A DNA stretch of 64,000 bases. It comes from Myxococcales bacterium. Lineage in GTDB: Bacteria; Myxococcota_A; Polyangia; Polyangiales; Polyangiaceae. The notes under the pieces were generated by a model. It was not told where the DNA came from, ran no database searches, and saw only the letters and a program-made list of their open reading frames with translations. The DNA is taken from assembly GCA_043747615.1 (NCBI GenBank), contig JAYTOU010000086.1, positions 1 to 64,000 on the forward strand. The letters are read 5' to 3'. The position numbers were made by a program, and so were the translations under genes. Positions 39,999 through 50,016 of the stretch are shown here, piece after piece (position 1 is the stretch's first letter; each line of letters opens with the position of its first letter).

Positions 39999-40595
39999 TC
40001 ACGCGTCGCGCAAGGTGCCCTTCGTCGAGGGTACGCCGAGCGCCCGCGGATCGATGCGCACGGCGGCCATGAGCGACTTGGCGAACGCCTTGAAGCAGAT
40101 CTCGATGATATGATGGAGGATGGTCCCGGCGTGGAGAACTATGTGTAGATTGCACTCAGCGCCGCGGGCGAACCCCTCGAAGAAAACCTCCGCAAGCTCG
40201 GTGTCCCACGTGCCGAGCTTCGCCTTCGGGACGGGCACTTCCCACACGAAGAATTGCCTTCCGCTCAGGTCGATGGTGGCCGTCGCGCGCGCCTCGTCCA
40301 TGGGCAGCGTCGCCCATCCATAGCGGGCGATTCCCGCCTTTTCCCCGAGCGCTTCGGCGACCGCTTGGCCGAGCACGAAGCCGAGATCTTCGGTCGTATG
40401 ATGGCCGTCGATCTCGACGTCGCCCGTCGCGCGGATGGTGAGATCCAACATCGCGTGCTTGGCAATCTGCTCGAGCATGTGGGTGAGGAAGGGGAGCGGC
40501 GTCTTGATGTCTGACGGGCCTCCGCCGTCGAGATCTACCGTGACCTCGACGCTCGTTTCTTTCGTCGTCCGCGAGACGGTCGCGCTTCGCCCCAT
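39999..40595 (-). CDS. hisB: Imidazoleglycerol-phosphate dehydratase
   Basis: RTTKET, DGHHTTED, PMDEA, HHIIEICFKAF, PSTKG. Confidence 0.96.
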   Translation of the reverse strand: MGRSATVSRTTKETSVEVTVDLDGGGPSDIKTPLPFLTHMLEQIAKHAMLDLTIRATGDVEIDGHHTTEDLGFVLGQAVAEALGEKAGIARYGWATLPMDEARATATIDLSGRQFFVWEVPVPKAKLGTWDTELAEVFFEGFARGAECNLHIVLHAGTILHHIIEICFKAFAKSLMAAVRIDPRALGVPSTKGTLRDA

Positions 40596-40653
40596 TCCAT
40601 GGCACTTACCACCCGGGGCGCGCCTTGGCCAAATCAGCTAGGCTACGCCTTCG

Positions 40654-41373
40654 ATGGAAGGGGACCACGACAGCGATCGCTCCCGGCGCAGCGACCTTCT
40701 CGCGGCCGAGGGGGAGCTCGACCCCTCCGAGCGCGATCGGCTCGTCACCCGATTCGGCCACAAATTCCAGGCGGGAGAGGCCATCTTTCACGAGGGCGAG
40801 CCCTCCCGCACGGCCTTCATTCTGCAGGAAGGGCGCGTTCGCCTGCTCAAGCGGGTACGGATGGTCGAGCGAAGTCTCCTCCTTTTACGGCCAGGCGATC
40901 TCTTCGGCGAATCGGCGCTCCTCGACGAGGGGGCCCGCAATTCGACCGCGGTCGCGCTGACCGACGGCGTTGCTCTCGCCCTCGATCGCACCACGTTCCT
41001 CTCCCTCTTCGAGCAGCATCCGGCGATCGCCACGCGCATGCTCGAGCAGCTGATTCGCCGCGTGCGTGACGCCGAGGATCAGATTGAGATCATGCTCCTT
41101 CGCGACACGCAGTTCAAAATCGTGAGCGCCCTCCTGAAGCTGGCCCACCGCGCATCGGGCACGGCCGAGATTGCCATCTCGCCGGTCGAGCTCTCCTCCA
41201 GGGTCGGGCTCGACGTGGAAACGGTGAAGCGCAGCGTGCAGCGCCTCCGTGACCAGCAGTACGTGCGGATCGTGGGCGAGCGCGTGGAGATCCCCGACGT
41301 GGAGTCGCTGCGCCGGCTCTACGTTCTCTTGGGGACAAAAGACGAGCTCACCGGGGATAACGCGCGGCGTTAG
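40654..41373 (+). CDS. Crp/Fnr family transcriptional regulator
   Basis: cNMP-binding IFHEGE...GDLFGESAL...RNSTAVA; C-terminal HTH ELSSRVGLDVETV. Confidence 0.9.
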   Translation: MEGDHDSDRSRRSDLLAAEGELDPSERDRLVTRFGHKFQAGEAIFHEGEPSRTAFILQEGRVRLLKRVRMVERSLLLLRPGDLFGESALLDEGARNSTAVALTDGVALALDRTTFLSLFEQHPAIATRMLEQLIRRVRDAEDQIEIMLLRDTQFKIVSALLKLAHRASGTAEIAISPVELSSRVGLDVETVKRSVQRLRDQQYVRIVGERVEIPDVESLRRLYVLLGTKDELTGDNARR

Positions 41374-41452
41374 GACTGCCCTCAGCGCAAGCTCCTGACA
41401 TCTGGCTTCGAGCCAAAAAACCGTTGAAGTTCAAGCGGTTACAGCTGCGCAG

Positions 41453-41467
41453 GTGAAGACACTTCAC
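41453..41467. promoter_or_regulatory. Perfect inverted repeat abutting a TTGACG -35-like box upstream of the tgl-like gene
   Basis: GTGAAG-ACA-CTTCAC, then TTGACG at 41470-75; -10 candidate weak (TAACTC at 17 nt). Confidence 0.35.
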
Positions 41468-41530
41468 GATTGACGGGGGCCGAGCGGTGGGCTAACTCAG
41501 TACGCTTCAGTAGCGAAGTACACCCGCGAA

Positions 41531-42415
41531 ATGAGACCCCTTTCCGCCCATCGATTGGTCCTTAGCCTCGCCACGGCGTTGGCGGTGGCAATCGTGGGGA
41601 TCGGGGCAGTAGCGTGCGGTGGTGGCAAAGGGGCGAGCTCTCCGAATGCGCAAAGCGCGGAGCGCCAGAGCGACTCGGAGTACGATCTTTCGAAGGATTA
41701 CTTCTACAAGTCGCAGCCCCGCGCGGCACTTGATCACGCGCTCAAGGCCGTCGAGCTCAACGACGAGAACGCCAAGGCACTCTACTTCACGTCGACGATC
41801 TATCTCGCCTTCTGCTCCTCGGAGCTGGGATTCAAGTCGCCGGACTGCCGATTGCCCGACGCCGAGCGCTATGCGCGCCTCGCCCTCAAAGCGGACGATA
41901 CCTTCCGCGACGCACGAAACCTTCTCGGCCAAGTGCTTATCTTGGAGAAGAAATACGTCGAGGCGATCGCCACGCTCGGGCCGCTCACCAAGGATCCGGC
42001 GTACACGGCGAGCTACCTCGCGTGGGGGAATTTGGGGTGGGCGCAGGTCCTCAACGGAGACGTCGACTCCGGCATCGCGTCGCTCAAGAATGCGGTAACG
42101 CAGCCCCGCTTCTGCGTCGGGCATTACCGCCTGGGAATTGCTTACGAGAAAAAGGGCGATCTCGCGCAGGCTGAATCCAGCCTGTCGAATGCCGTCGGGG
42201 TAGAAAGTCCGGATTGTCAAAATCTCCAGGATGCATGGGACGAGCGTGCGCGCGTTCGCATGAAGCTTGGAAAAGTGGCCGACGCTCGCATGGACTTCGA
42301 GCGATGCCGCGAAATTTCTGCCGAATCTCCCAAGGGGAAAGGGTGCATTCAGATGCTGACCAGCCTACGCGGCGGTGAGCGGACTGACGGCCTCGCAACC
42401 CCCCCTCCCAACTGA
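41531..42415 (+). CDS. tgl: TPR lipoprotein, Tgl/PilF-like type IV pilus secretin pilotin
   Basis: Lipobox AVA-C, tandem TPRs (ARNLLG, AWGNLGWA, FCVGHYRLG), several Cys; next to a RodZ-like HTH and recO. Confidence 0.65.
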   Translation: MRPLSAHRLVLSLATALAVAIVGIGAVACGGGKGASSPNAQSAERQSDSEYDLSKDYFYKSQPRAALDHALKAVELNDENAKALYFTSTIYLAFCSSELGFKSPDCRLPDAERYARLALKADDTFRDARNLLGQVLILEKKYVEAIATLGPLTKDPAYTASYLAWGNLGWAQVLNGDVDSGIASLKNAVTQPRFCVGHYRLGIAYEKKGDLAQAESSLSNAVGVESPDCQNLQDAWDERARVRMKLGKVADARMDFERCREISAESPKGKGCIQMLTSLRGGERTDGLATPPPN

Positions 42416-42433
42416 CAGGAAAGCCAGGGGTAA

Positions 42434-42868
42434 GTGGTCAGCGAATCCATCGGCAACTTTTTGAAGCGACAGCGCGAGCATCGGCAAATGAGCATTGCCG
42501 AGGTCTCCCGTTTGACGCGCGTGCCCGTGCAAACCATCGAGTCGATCGAGAGCGATCACTTCGACGACCTTCCGGGTGAGGTCTTCGCTCGTGGTTTCCT
42601 CAAGGCGTACGCGCAGGCCGTCGGCCTTCTTCCGGCCGAGGTGCTCGCGCGCTACACGTCGAGCCGCCGGGTGGCCGTGGTGACCCCGCTCCCCGCGGCA
42701 TCGCCCGTTCAGGCCGCGCGTGAAGGCTCGCGCCGCTTCGGGATGGCCATCGCTTTTGTGCTTCTGCTCATTCTCTTCACGCTCGCGCTCTCGATCGTAC
42801 TGAAGCCGCGCGGTCACGACATGCCCCACGAGCTTTCGCAGACGGAGAGTTCCAAGCTGCACGTCTAG
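42434..42868 (+). CDS. RodZ-like HTH membrane protein (short)
   Basis: IGNFLKRQRE, IESIESDHFDDLPGEVFARGFLKAYAQAVGL, one TM. Confidence 0.88.
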   Translation: MVSESIGNFLKRQREHRQMSIAEVSRLTRVPVQTIESIESDHFDDLPGEVFARGFLKAYAQAVGLLPAEVLARYTSSRRVAVVTPLPAASPVQAAREGSRRFGMAIAFVLLLILFTLALSIVLKPRGHDMPHELSQTESSKLHV

Positions 42869-42901
42869 CTCGGGCGCGTTGAGCAGCCTGCGCGGCACGG
42901 A

Positions 42902-43606
42902 ATGAAATCCATCAAGAGCGAAGCTCTCCTGGTGCGCGCGATCGCCTACGGCGAGAGCGACGTCATCGCTACCCTCCTCACGGCGACGGACGGAAAAATA
43001 GCGGTGATGGTGCGCGGGGCGCGGAAGAGCTCCAAGCGGGTCGGCGGTGCGCTCGAGCCGTTTCACACCATCGAAGTCTCCATTGACGATCGCGGGGGCG
43101 AGCTCGGGACGCTCAAAGAAGCGCGCATTCTCCGGGTGCGTGCCGGGATCGTCGGAAGCCTCGCTGCCCTCGATGCCGCCGGAACGGCGCTTCGTTGGGC
43201 TCGCCATCTCTGTCCGCCGCGGATCCCCGAGCCTGCGGCGTGGGACACGATGGTCGCCCTCCTCGATGCGCTCGACTCTCCCGGGGTCTCGCCGCGGACC
43301 GAGCTCTGCGTTGCCGCGCTCCAGCTCCTCTGTGACGTGGGTTATGCGCTTGATCTCGAGCGCTGCGTGAGCTGCGGAAAGGCCTGCCCAGTGGATCGGC
43401 CGGCGTGCGTCGATGTTGCACGCGGAGGGATCGTCTGCACTGCATGCGGAGGGGCGCGCTCCCGGATCACCCCAGAGCTCCGGCGCGTGGCGCTCCAAAT
43501 CTTGACCGGCGAAAATCCTCATTTGACAGCGCCCGAGGCAGACGATCTCCTGCTCCTCGTGGACGAAGCGATGGCCGTACATACTGGATTTCAGGCGGGA
43601 TCATGA
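42902..43606 (+). CDS. recO: DNA repair protein RecO
   Basis: YGESDVI, GKIAVMVRGARKS, LEPF, Zn-finger CVSC...CTAC. Confidence 0.93.
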   Translation: MKSIKSEALLVRAIAYGESDVIATLLTATDGKIAVMVRGARKSSKRVGGALEPFHTIEVSIDDRGGELGTLKEARILRVRAGIVGSLAALDAAGTALRWARHLCPPRIPEPAAWDTMVALLDALDSPGVSPRTELCVAALQLLCDVGYALDLERCVSCGKACPVDRPACVDVARGGIVCTACGGARSRITPELRRVALQILTGENPHLTAPEADDLLLLVDEAMAVHTGFQAGS

Positions 43607-44589
43607 AAAGTCGAGATCGGCGAGATGGGCTCCAAGTGGTCGCTTTCGGAGAGATCCTCTGGGACATTTTCGACGCAGGTGGCGGCGTCTTCGTACGTGA
43701 GCTCGGCGGCGCACCTGCGAACCTCGCGACGACCCTGGCGCGTGTCGGCGTACCGACGGCTGTGGTCGGCGGACTGGGACGCGATCGCTTCGGCGACGAC
43801 CTCGCGGCGTTCTTGAAGGCCGAGGGCGTGGACACGCGATTCTTGGTGCGCTTGCCGAACCGCACCGGGGTGACCTTCGTGTTCCGCGATGCCGAGGGCG
43901 AGCCTTCGTTCCTCTTTTATCGAAACCAGACGGCGGACATGAGCGTGCGCCGGGAGCACGTCGTCCCAGCGATGGGGAAGGCGCGTTTCGCCCTCGTGGG
44001 AACAAGCACCCTCGTCTCCGCGGGATTAGCGGGCGCGACCCGCCTCTTTCTCCGTCACGCGTCGAAGCACGGCGCCCACGTCATCGTCGATCTCAACGTT
44101 CGCGCGCACCTGTGGTCTTCCAAGAAAGCCATGAAAGAGTCTGTTTCGAAGGTGATTTATGAAGCCGCGCTCGTGAAGGCCTCGCTCACAGATCTCGCGG
44201 CGCTCGACATCGGGAACGAAGCCGCGGCCATTCGCTGGGTGCGCGGAGCAGCGCCCAAGGCCACGGTGATCGTCACGCGAGGGGCAGGGAAGGCGAGCGC
44301 GTATGGCGCCCACGGCGAGGCCTCCCTCTGCGGACACGAAGCCACCTGCGTCGATGCCACGGGCGCGGGAGACGCTTTTCTCGCGGGGGTCATCGCTGCT
44401 CTCGTCGCCGCGCGGGCCGAGCCGGGAGCCGCGCCGTGGGAAGACCCTGCGACGTGGCTGGCGGCGCTCGACGTTGGGCATAGCCTCGGCGTGAAGGCCG
44501 TTTCCAAGATCGGCGCGGTCAGCGGTATCACCGGCCTCGCCCCCATTCGCTCGAAGCTGAACGCGCTAGACACTTCCAAGAGGAGCTGA
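43603..44589 (+). CDS. PfkB-family carbohydrate kinase (fructokinase-like)
   Basis: FGEILWD, GGAPAN, DLNVR, VDATGAGDAF. Confidence 0.92.
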   Translation: MKSRDRRDGLQVVAFGEILWDIFDAGGGVFVRELGGAPANLATTLARVGVPTAVVGGLGRDRFGDDLAAFLKAEGVDTRFLVRLPNRTGVTFVFRDAEGEPSFLFYRNQTADMSVRREHVVPAMGKARFALVGTSTLVSAGLAGATRLFLRHASKHGAHVIVDLNVRAHLWSSKKAMKESVSKVIYEAALVKASLTDLAALDIGNEAAAIRWVRGAAPKATVIVTRGAGKASAYGAHGEASLCGHEATCVDATGAGDAFLAGVIAALVAARAEPGAAPWEDPATWLAALDVGHSLGVKAVSKIGAVSGITGLAPIRSKLNALDTSKRS

Positions 44590-44594
44590 CGTAC

Positions 44595-44957
44595 ATGGCC
44601 CAAGATCCCAAGCTGAAATGCCTCAAGGTGAGCTCTCCGCGAGGCGCTGCCATCACCGAAATCGAATGGGGCGATGGCCACAAGGGGGTCTACCCGCACG
44701 AGATCCTCCGCGGCTACTGCCCATGCGCCGGCTGCCAGGGCCACTCGGGAACGATCAGCTTCGTCCAGTGCTCGGACATCGCTCTCGAGATCGACGCCAT
44801 CGAGCCCGTCGGAAACTACGCCCTCTGCTTCAAGTGGTTCGACGGTCACAGCACCGGGCTCTACTCCTTCAAATACCTTCGCGCCCTCTGCCACTGCGAT
44901 CTCTGTCGACCCGGCGAAAGCGCCAAAAAGGAGCACCCTGAGCTCGCTCGCATGTAA
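44595..44957 (+). CDS. DUF971 / GBBH N-terminal-like protein
   Basis: IEWGDGH, LRGYCPCAGC, PVGNYA, WFDGHSTGLYSFKYL. Confidence 0.88.
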   Translation: MAQDPKLKCLKVSSPRGAAITEIEWGDGHKGVYPHEILRGYCPCAGCQGHSGTISFVQCSDIALEIDAIEPVGNYALCFKWFDGHSTGLYSFKYLRALCHCDLCRPGESAKKEHPELARM

Positions 44958-44966
44958 ATACTCTCA

Positions 44967-46589
44967 GTGACGAACGAGACCGCGCCGCCCGAGATCGACG
45001 GGGATGGTGAGCGGAAAAAGCTCGTGCGCCGCGCCGGCGTCGTCGGGGCGGGGACGCTCGCTTCACGTCTGCTCGGGCTCGGGCGCGACATGTCGCTCGC
45101 CGCCATCTTTACGCGCGAAGAGACCGACGCCTTCTTCGTCGCGTTCACGATTCCAAACGCGCTCCGTCAGCTGCTTGGCGAAGGTGCCATCTCGAGCGCC
45201 GTCGTGCCGGTGCTCTCGGCGAAATTGGCGACGGAGGGCGAGGAGCCGGCAAAGCTCTTTTTCTCGAAGATCCGAGGGGTCTCGCTCCTTGCTCTCGGCG
45301 TGGTCACCGCTCTCGGAGTGATCTTCGCACGCCAGCTCTGCGAGCTCTTTGCCGCCGGGTACCACGCGACGCCCGGCGAGTTCGAGCGAACCGTGCAGCT
45401 TACACGCATCGTTTTCCCTTACATTTTTTTCATGGGGACGGCGGCGCTCGGTATGGCCGCGCTCAACGCCAAGCGGAAGTTCGCCGTGGCGGCGTTTGCT
45501 CCAGGCCTCCTCAACGTTGCGTTCCTCGCGGCGGCATTTCTTCTCCCCGCGCCCCTCGTCGCCCTCGGTGTGGATCGGGCCTATGCGCTCGGTGTGGGCG
45601 CGCTTTTAGGCGGTCTTTTGCAGGTGATCGCGCAGTGGCCAGCGCTTCGGGCGATCGGGTTTCTCCGCGCGCCGCGTCTCGACTTTCAGGACCCCGGCGT
45701 ACGAGACGTCCTTCGCCGCATCGCTCCCATGACCTTCGGCATCGGCGTCTACTACGTGGATCTGATCCTCTCGCGCCGGTTCCTGTCGGAGCTCGGTCCC
45801 GGAGCGCAGAGCTATTTTTCGTGGGCAATGCGGCTGTGCGATTTTCCGCAGGGCATCTTCGTGATGGCTCTCTCCACCGCCGCCCTCCCGTCACTCTCCG
45901 CGCTCGCCGCAACCGGCCAAACGAGCGAGCTCGCGAAGACCTACGCGCAGGGCCTGCGTTTGGCTCTTTTCGTGGCCATTCCGGCGAGCGTGGGGGTAGT
46001 GGTTCTCGCCGAGCCGATCGTCGTCGCTCTCTTTCAGCGTGGAGAGTTCGACGCGATCGCCGCCCACGAGACCGCACGCGCGCTCGTCTGGCAAGGCGGC
46101 GCGATCTGGACGGTGGCCGCCGTGCGCCAGCTCGTGCCCGTCTTCTATGCTCTTGGCGACACGCGGACGCCGGTGGTCGTCAGCGCGATCGATCTCGTCG
46201 CCTTCATCGCTCTCGCCGTATGTCTGCGCGGTCCTTTCGGGCACGTGGGGATCAGCGTGGCCGTCGCCGGCTCGAGCGCCGTGCAGATGCTGTTTCTCGC
46301 GATCGGCTTGAAAATACGCCTGGGAACGGTGCGCGCACGAGAAGTAGGAACCTCGGCGCTTCGCACGCTGGGAGCGTCGGCAGTGGCGGCGTCCGCAGGA
46401 TGGGTCGTCGCGTGGGCCCTCCAAGGGTACTCTTCCGGTGGGGCCGTCGTCCGGGTGCTCCCGGGAGCGGCGGGCGCGATTGTGTTCGTCGTCGCGTTCT
46501 TCGTGGCCGCCTCCGCCTTCGGATCGGAGGAGCAAGCTTCGCTCGTCGCGGCCGTGCGTCGCCGCCTCACGCGCAGAGCGGCATCGTGA
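44967..46589 (+). CDS. murJ: Lipid II flippase MurJ
   Basis: SRLLGLGRD, DAFFVAFTIPNALRQLLGEGA, FYALGDTRTPV, about 14 TMs. Confidence 0.95.
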   Translation: MTNETAPPEIDGDGERKKLVRRAGVVGAGTLASRLLGLGRDMSLAAIFTREETDAFFVAFTIPNALRQLLGEGAISSAVVPVLSAKLATEGEEPAKLFFSKIRGVSLLALGVVTALGVIFARQLCELFAAGYHATPGEFERTVQLTRIVFPYIFFMGTAALGMAALNAKRKFAVAAFAPGLLNVAFLAAAFLLPAPLVALGVDRAYALGVGALLGGLLQVIAQWPALRAIGFLRAPRLDFQDPGVRDVLRRIAPMTFGIGVYYVDLILSRRFLSELGPGAQSYFSWAMRLCDFPQGIFVMALSTAALPSLSALAATGQTSELAKTYAQGLRLALFVAIPASVGVVVLAEPIVVALFQRGEFDAIAAHETARALVWQGGAIWTVAAVRQLVPVFYALGDTRTPVVVSAIDLVAFIALAVCLRGPFGHVGISVAVAGSSAVQMLFLAIGLKIRLGTVRAREVGTSALRTLGASAVAASAGWVVAWALQGYSSGGAVVRVLPGAAGAIVFVVAFFVAASAFGSEEQASLVAAVRRRLTRRAAS

Positions 46590-46608
46590 TAGAGGTTGCC
46601 CCAAACCG

Positions 46609-47253
46609 ATGAAACAGACTTCCGAGGTCGACACAGAGTTTCGAATCGCCACCGCCGAGTTTGAGTCGGGCGCGACCGACGTGAAGAAGCTTCCCGCGCC
46701 GACCCTCCCCGAGGTGGCGTTTGCAGGGCGCTCGAACGTAGGGAAATCAAGCCTTTTGAACGCTCTCGTGCAGCGGCGAAACCTGGTCCGCACGAGCCGC
46801 ACCCCCGGCTGCACGCGTCAGATCAACGTCTTCGCCGTCGACGTCGCCAAGCGAAGCAAGGTGCTCCTCGTCGATCTCCCCGGCTACGGTTACGCCAAAC
46901 GCGCAAAGTCCGAGAAAGGCGCCTGGGGCCCGATGCTCGAGAACTACTTGACGCACCGAGAGACGCTGCGCGCGCTCGTCATTCTCGTCGACGTTCGCCG
47001 TGGTCTGGAAGAGGACGACGAGCAGCTCGTGAGCTTCATGCACGGCGCGAACGACAAGACGATCGTTATCGTCGTTGCCACCAAGCTCGACAAGCTCCCC
47101 CGCTCGGCTCAGAAGCCCGCGCTCGACAAGCTCCGCAACGCCTCGACCCGTCGCTCCGTGATCGGATTCAGCTCCGTCACGAACGAGGGACGCGAGCTCC
47201 TCTGGCGTCAAATCTGGGAAGCGGTCAGCAGTCCGGAGCCTCCCGCCGCCTGA
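46609..47253 (+). CDS. engB: Ribosome biogenesis GTPase YihA/YsxC (EngB)
   Basis: PEVAFAGRSNVGKSSLLN, SRTPGCT, VDLPGYGYA, TKLDK. Confidence 0.96.
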   Translation: MKQTSEVDTEFRIATAEFESGATDVKKLPAPTLPEVAFAGRSNVGKSSLLNALVQRRNLVRTSRTPGCTRQINVFAVDVAKRSKVLLVDLPGYGYAKRAKSEKGAWGPMLENYLTHRETLRALVILVDVRRGLEEDDEQLVSFMHGANDKTIVIVVATKLDKLPRSAQKPALDKLRNASTRRSVIGFSSVTNEGRELLWRQIWEAVSSPEPPAA

Positions 47254-47330
47254 GGCTCCTTCACGGGAATTTACTTTTCTTAACGAGCGTTCCCTCGGCG
47301 GCGTGGCTTTAATGATCCGTGGAGGCACAA

Positions 47331-48200
47331 ATGAAACGAGTGATCACGAGGCGGTCTGCAACCATTCTCCGCGCTCTTGCCCTGGGTGCTTCGCTGTCAG
47401 TCCTCGCCGCGTGCGGAAGTACCACGTCCGCCGAAGCGCCTGCCGCAACGGCCCAAAGTGCAGCATCGAAGGCCCCGATCGGCGTCGGTACACACGGTCC
47501 GGTGAAGGTGGTCGGCGAGGCGCTCGGTGAGGTCCCCCTGCGTCCCGAGCAGCGCTCGGAGATAGAGAAGCTCGCGGCGGCCTCCGAAGCGCGTCACGCT
47601 TCCGCGAAAACGGCGCACAGGGATCTGACCCTAGCCATCGCCGCGCAAGTCGAGAAGGGCTCGATCGATCGCGCCTCACTGAAGCCTCAGATCGACGCCG
47701 CCACCGCCGCGTGGGAAAGCTCGCGACCCGCAGATCGCGCCGCGCTCGAGCAGCTCCACGCTATTCTCGATCCGCAGCAGCGTAGCGTCTTCATCCTCGC
47801 GATCGAGGCGAAGATGCATCCCCACGCCGCGGGAGGCACCGACGAGCACCCGTACCGTGGGCACATGGAAGAGTGGACGACGGATCTAAAGCTGACCGAC
47901 GAGCAGAAGACCCAGATTCGCGCGGCGCTCATGACCGCGTTCGGCGGCGAGCACCACGGCGAGCATCACGAGGCCAAGGAGCACGGCCGCAAGGCGCTCG
48001 AGGCCTTCAAGGGCGAGAACTTCTCTCTCGACGACGTGGCGCCAGTCGCCGATGCGCGGGCAAAAGTAGGCGATGCGAGTGACAAGTTCTTGAAGGGGGT
48101 GGAGGTCGTTCTGCCTATCCTCACTCCGGAGCAGCGCGCCATCGCAGCAACGAAGCTCCGCGCGCACGCGGCCGAAACCGAAGAGAACGCCCCGCACTGA
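47331..48200 (+). CDS. Spy/CpxP-family (LTXXQ) lipoprotein with tandem domains
   Basis: SD GGAGG; lipobox LAA-C; LRPEQR, LDPQQR, LTDEQK, LTPEQR; His-rich linker EHHGEHHE. Confidence 0.75.
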   Translation: MKRVITRRSATILRALALGASLSVLAACGSTTSAEAPAATAQSAASKAPIGVGTHGPVKVVGEALGEVPLRPEQRSEIEKLAAASEARHASAKTAHRDLTLAIAAQVEKGSIDRASLKPQIDAATAAWESSRPADRAALEQLHAILDPQQRSVFILAIEAKMHPHAAGGTDEHPYRGHMEEWTTDLKLTDEQKTQIRAALMTAFGGEHHGEHHEAKEHGRKALEAFKGENFSLDDVAPVADARAKVGDASDKFLKGVEVVLPILTPEQRAIAATKLRAHAAETEENAPH

Positions 48201-48203
48201 GTC

Positions 48204-49343
48204 TCAGGCTTCGGCGACGCTGTCCTCGTTGCCGGCTTCTTTCGCAACGTCAGCCACGTCCACCGTTGGCGCTGTGGCCCGCTCCGGTGAGAGCTCGATC
48301 TCTTCGAAGGCCGAGCCGCGGGGCTCATCAAGCTCGCCGTCGTCTTGCTTGAACTCTGCTCGAATGCGCCCGGCGATGAAGAGCACCGGAAACGACGCGA
48401 AGAGCCCGATGAAGCCAAGGAGGTGCTCCCATGCGATCAGGCTCAGAATCAAGATGAATCCGGGCAGGTGCACATGCCGCGCGGTGAGGCGAGGGTTCAA
48501 GTAGTAGGACTCGATCTTGTGGAGGATGACGGTGAGCGCCGTGAAGATTCCCACGCCGAACCAGCCCTTGGCTTGGAACGCGAGGAGCGACAGCACGGTG
48601 CCAGACACGATGTTTCCGATCACCGGAACGAGCCCCGAGACGAAGATGAGGACCATCAGCGGCGCGACGTGGTGGATCCCCAGAAGAAGGAGCACGGGAA
48701 GGGTCATCACCGTGTTGCACGCGGCGACGATGAACTGAAGTTGCACCGTGACCACGACGGCGTCGGCCAGATGCCCGAGCCATCGGATGATCGTGCCGTG
48801 GAGGGAGCGCGCGTCGATCTTGCGATGGAATTCCTTCAGGTGATCGTGCTCGAGCAAGAAGACGACGGCGAGAATGAGCCCGATGGTCGCGTAGACCACG
48901 ATGTGTCCGATGGCCGATGCGTAGCCGAGCGCGCTCCCTGCGTAGTGCTTCGCTCCTTCGACGACGTGATCGGTGTCCCCGAGCTGCTCCCGGATCCGGA
49001 GGTACAGCGGATTGTCGCGGACCGCGCTGATTCGCTCGGGAAACGTGTGCCGCATCATTTGCACTTCGCGCACGAGGCTCCCAATGCCCAGAAACGCGCT
49101 GACCCCGAGGGCGGCGGCGACCGCGGCGATCACCACCAGAACGGACGCCTTCCGACCGAGCGCCGTGCGCGAGCTGATGAAAACCGACGCCGCACCGATC
49201 GCACGCTCGAAGGCCACGAAGAACACGAGCAACGGCAACAGATGCCGGAAGAGGAGGATCAGTCCAACGAAGACCGAGAGCGCGAGAAAGCGATGCGGAA
49301 GCTTCTCGTGGAGAAAGGCGCTGACGCGATCGTGTTCGATCAT
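48204..49343 (-). CDS. AI-2E family transporter
   Basis: Polytopic; GLVPVIGN, HKIESYYLNPRL, WEHLLGFIGL. Confidence 0.88.
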   Translation of the reverse strand: MIEHDRVSAFLHEKLPHRFLALSVFVGLILLFRHLLPLLVFFVAFERAIGAASVFISSRTALGRKASVLVVIAAVAAALGVSAFLGIGSLVREVQMMRHTFPERISAVRDNPLYLRIREQLGDTDHVVEGAKHYAGSALGYASAIGHIVVYATIGLILAVVFLLEHDHLKEFHRKIDARSLHGTIIRWLGHLADAVVVTVQLQFIVAACNTVMTLPVLLLLGIHHVAPLMVLIFVSGLVPVIGNIVSGTVLSLLAFQAKGWFGVGIFTALTVILHKIESYYLNPRLTARHVHLPGFILILSLIAWEHLLGFIGLFASFPVLFIAGRIRAEFKQDDGELDEPRGSAFEEIELSPERATAPTVDVADVAKEAGNEDSVAEA

Positions 49344-49514
49344 GAGGGCTCCGGGGGTAGCTCAAGTCTCCGAGGAGCACCAGCGGGCTCGGTCGTCGCG
49401 TAGACCGCGATCGTGACTTGCCGATCACACCGGTAACCGTTTACGCACCCACTGAAACGCTGCAAAACAGTCCCCTTGGGCGGTGGCACGGGACGTGGAT
49501 TGTAAGTCACACTG

Positions 49515-50000
49515 ATGCAGTACAGCACCGCCTCGGTAGCCTTTTTTTTCGCCGCAATTCTCTCTGCCTGCGGCTCCTCCGACACCGCGTCGGGCGCCCC
49601 TCCCTTTGAGCCCGCCCTCAGGCAGCCGGTGAACACGGCGACGGCGCGATGCGAGCAAGTGGCCGGCGCTCCTCAGCCCTTCGAGACGAGGGAGGCCTTC
49701 GTCGCCGCCACGAACGGACGATGGATCTTCTGCAGCGGACATCGAAGCTTTGACACGGGCGTCGTCGGCTTCGAGATCGTGGGCGGCGAAGAATATTTCG
49801 CGCTGCGAACGGACTTCAGCGGCAACGTGATCCGCGGCGCGCAGCCGAGCGATCGCGGTCGCGTCACGGTCAGCGCCGGAGCAAGCGGCGTCAGCCTCGC
49901 CCTCGACGCGAACGGCGGACCGGCGACGCTGACCACGTCACCGAAGCGCTTGACGCTCGTGCTCCGCGAAGGCGACGCGGAGTACGCCGCGAGCCCGTAG
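49515..50000 (+). CDS. Hypothetical lipoprotein
   Basis: Lipobox ILSA-C; GC3-rich codons. Confidence 0.7.
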   Translation: MQYSTASVAFFFAAILSACGSSDTASGAPPFEPALRQPVNTATARCEQVAGAPQPFETREAFVAATNGRWIFCSGHRSFDTGVVGFEIVGGEEYFALRTDFSGNVIRGAQPSDRGRVTVSAGASGVSLALDANGGPATLTTSPKRLTLVLREGDAEYAASP

Positions 50001-50016
50001 AAGTAGCTCGACTGAC

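Noticed and set aside
49350..49435. tRNA-like start GGGGGTAGCTCAAGT...GAGCA
   Set aside because: There is a D-arm-like stem only; no pairing anticodon stem, no TTC T-loop and no acceptor stem.
49484..49500. TGGCACG as a sigma-54 -24 box before the lipoprotein at 49515
   Set aside because: The -12 position reads GTGGA, without the required GC.
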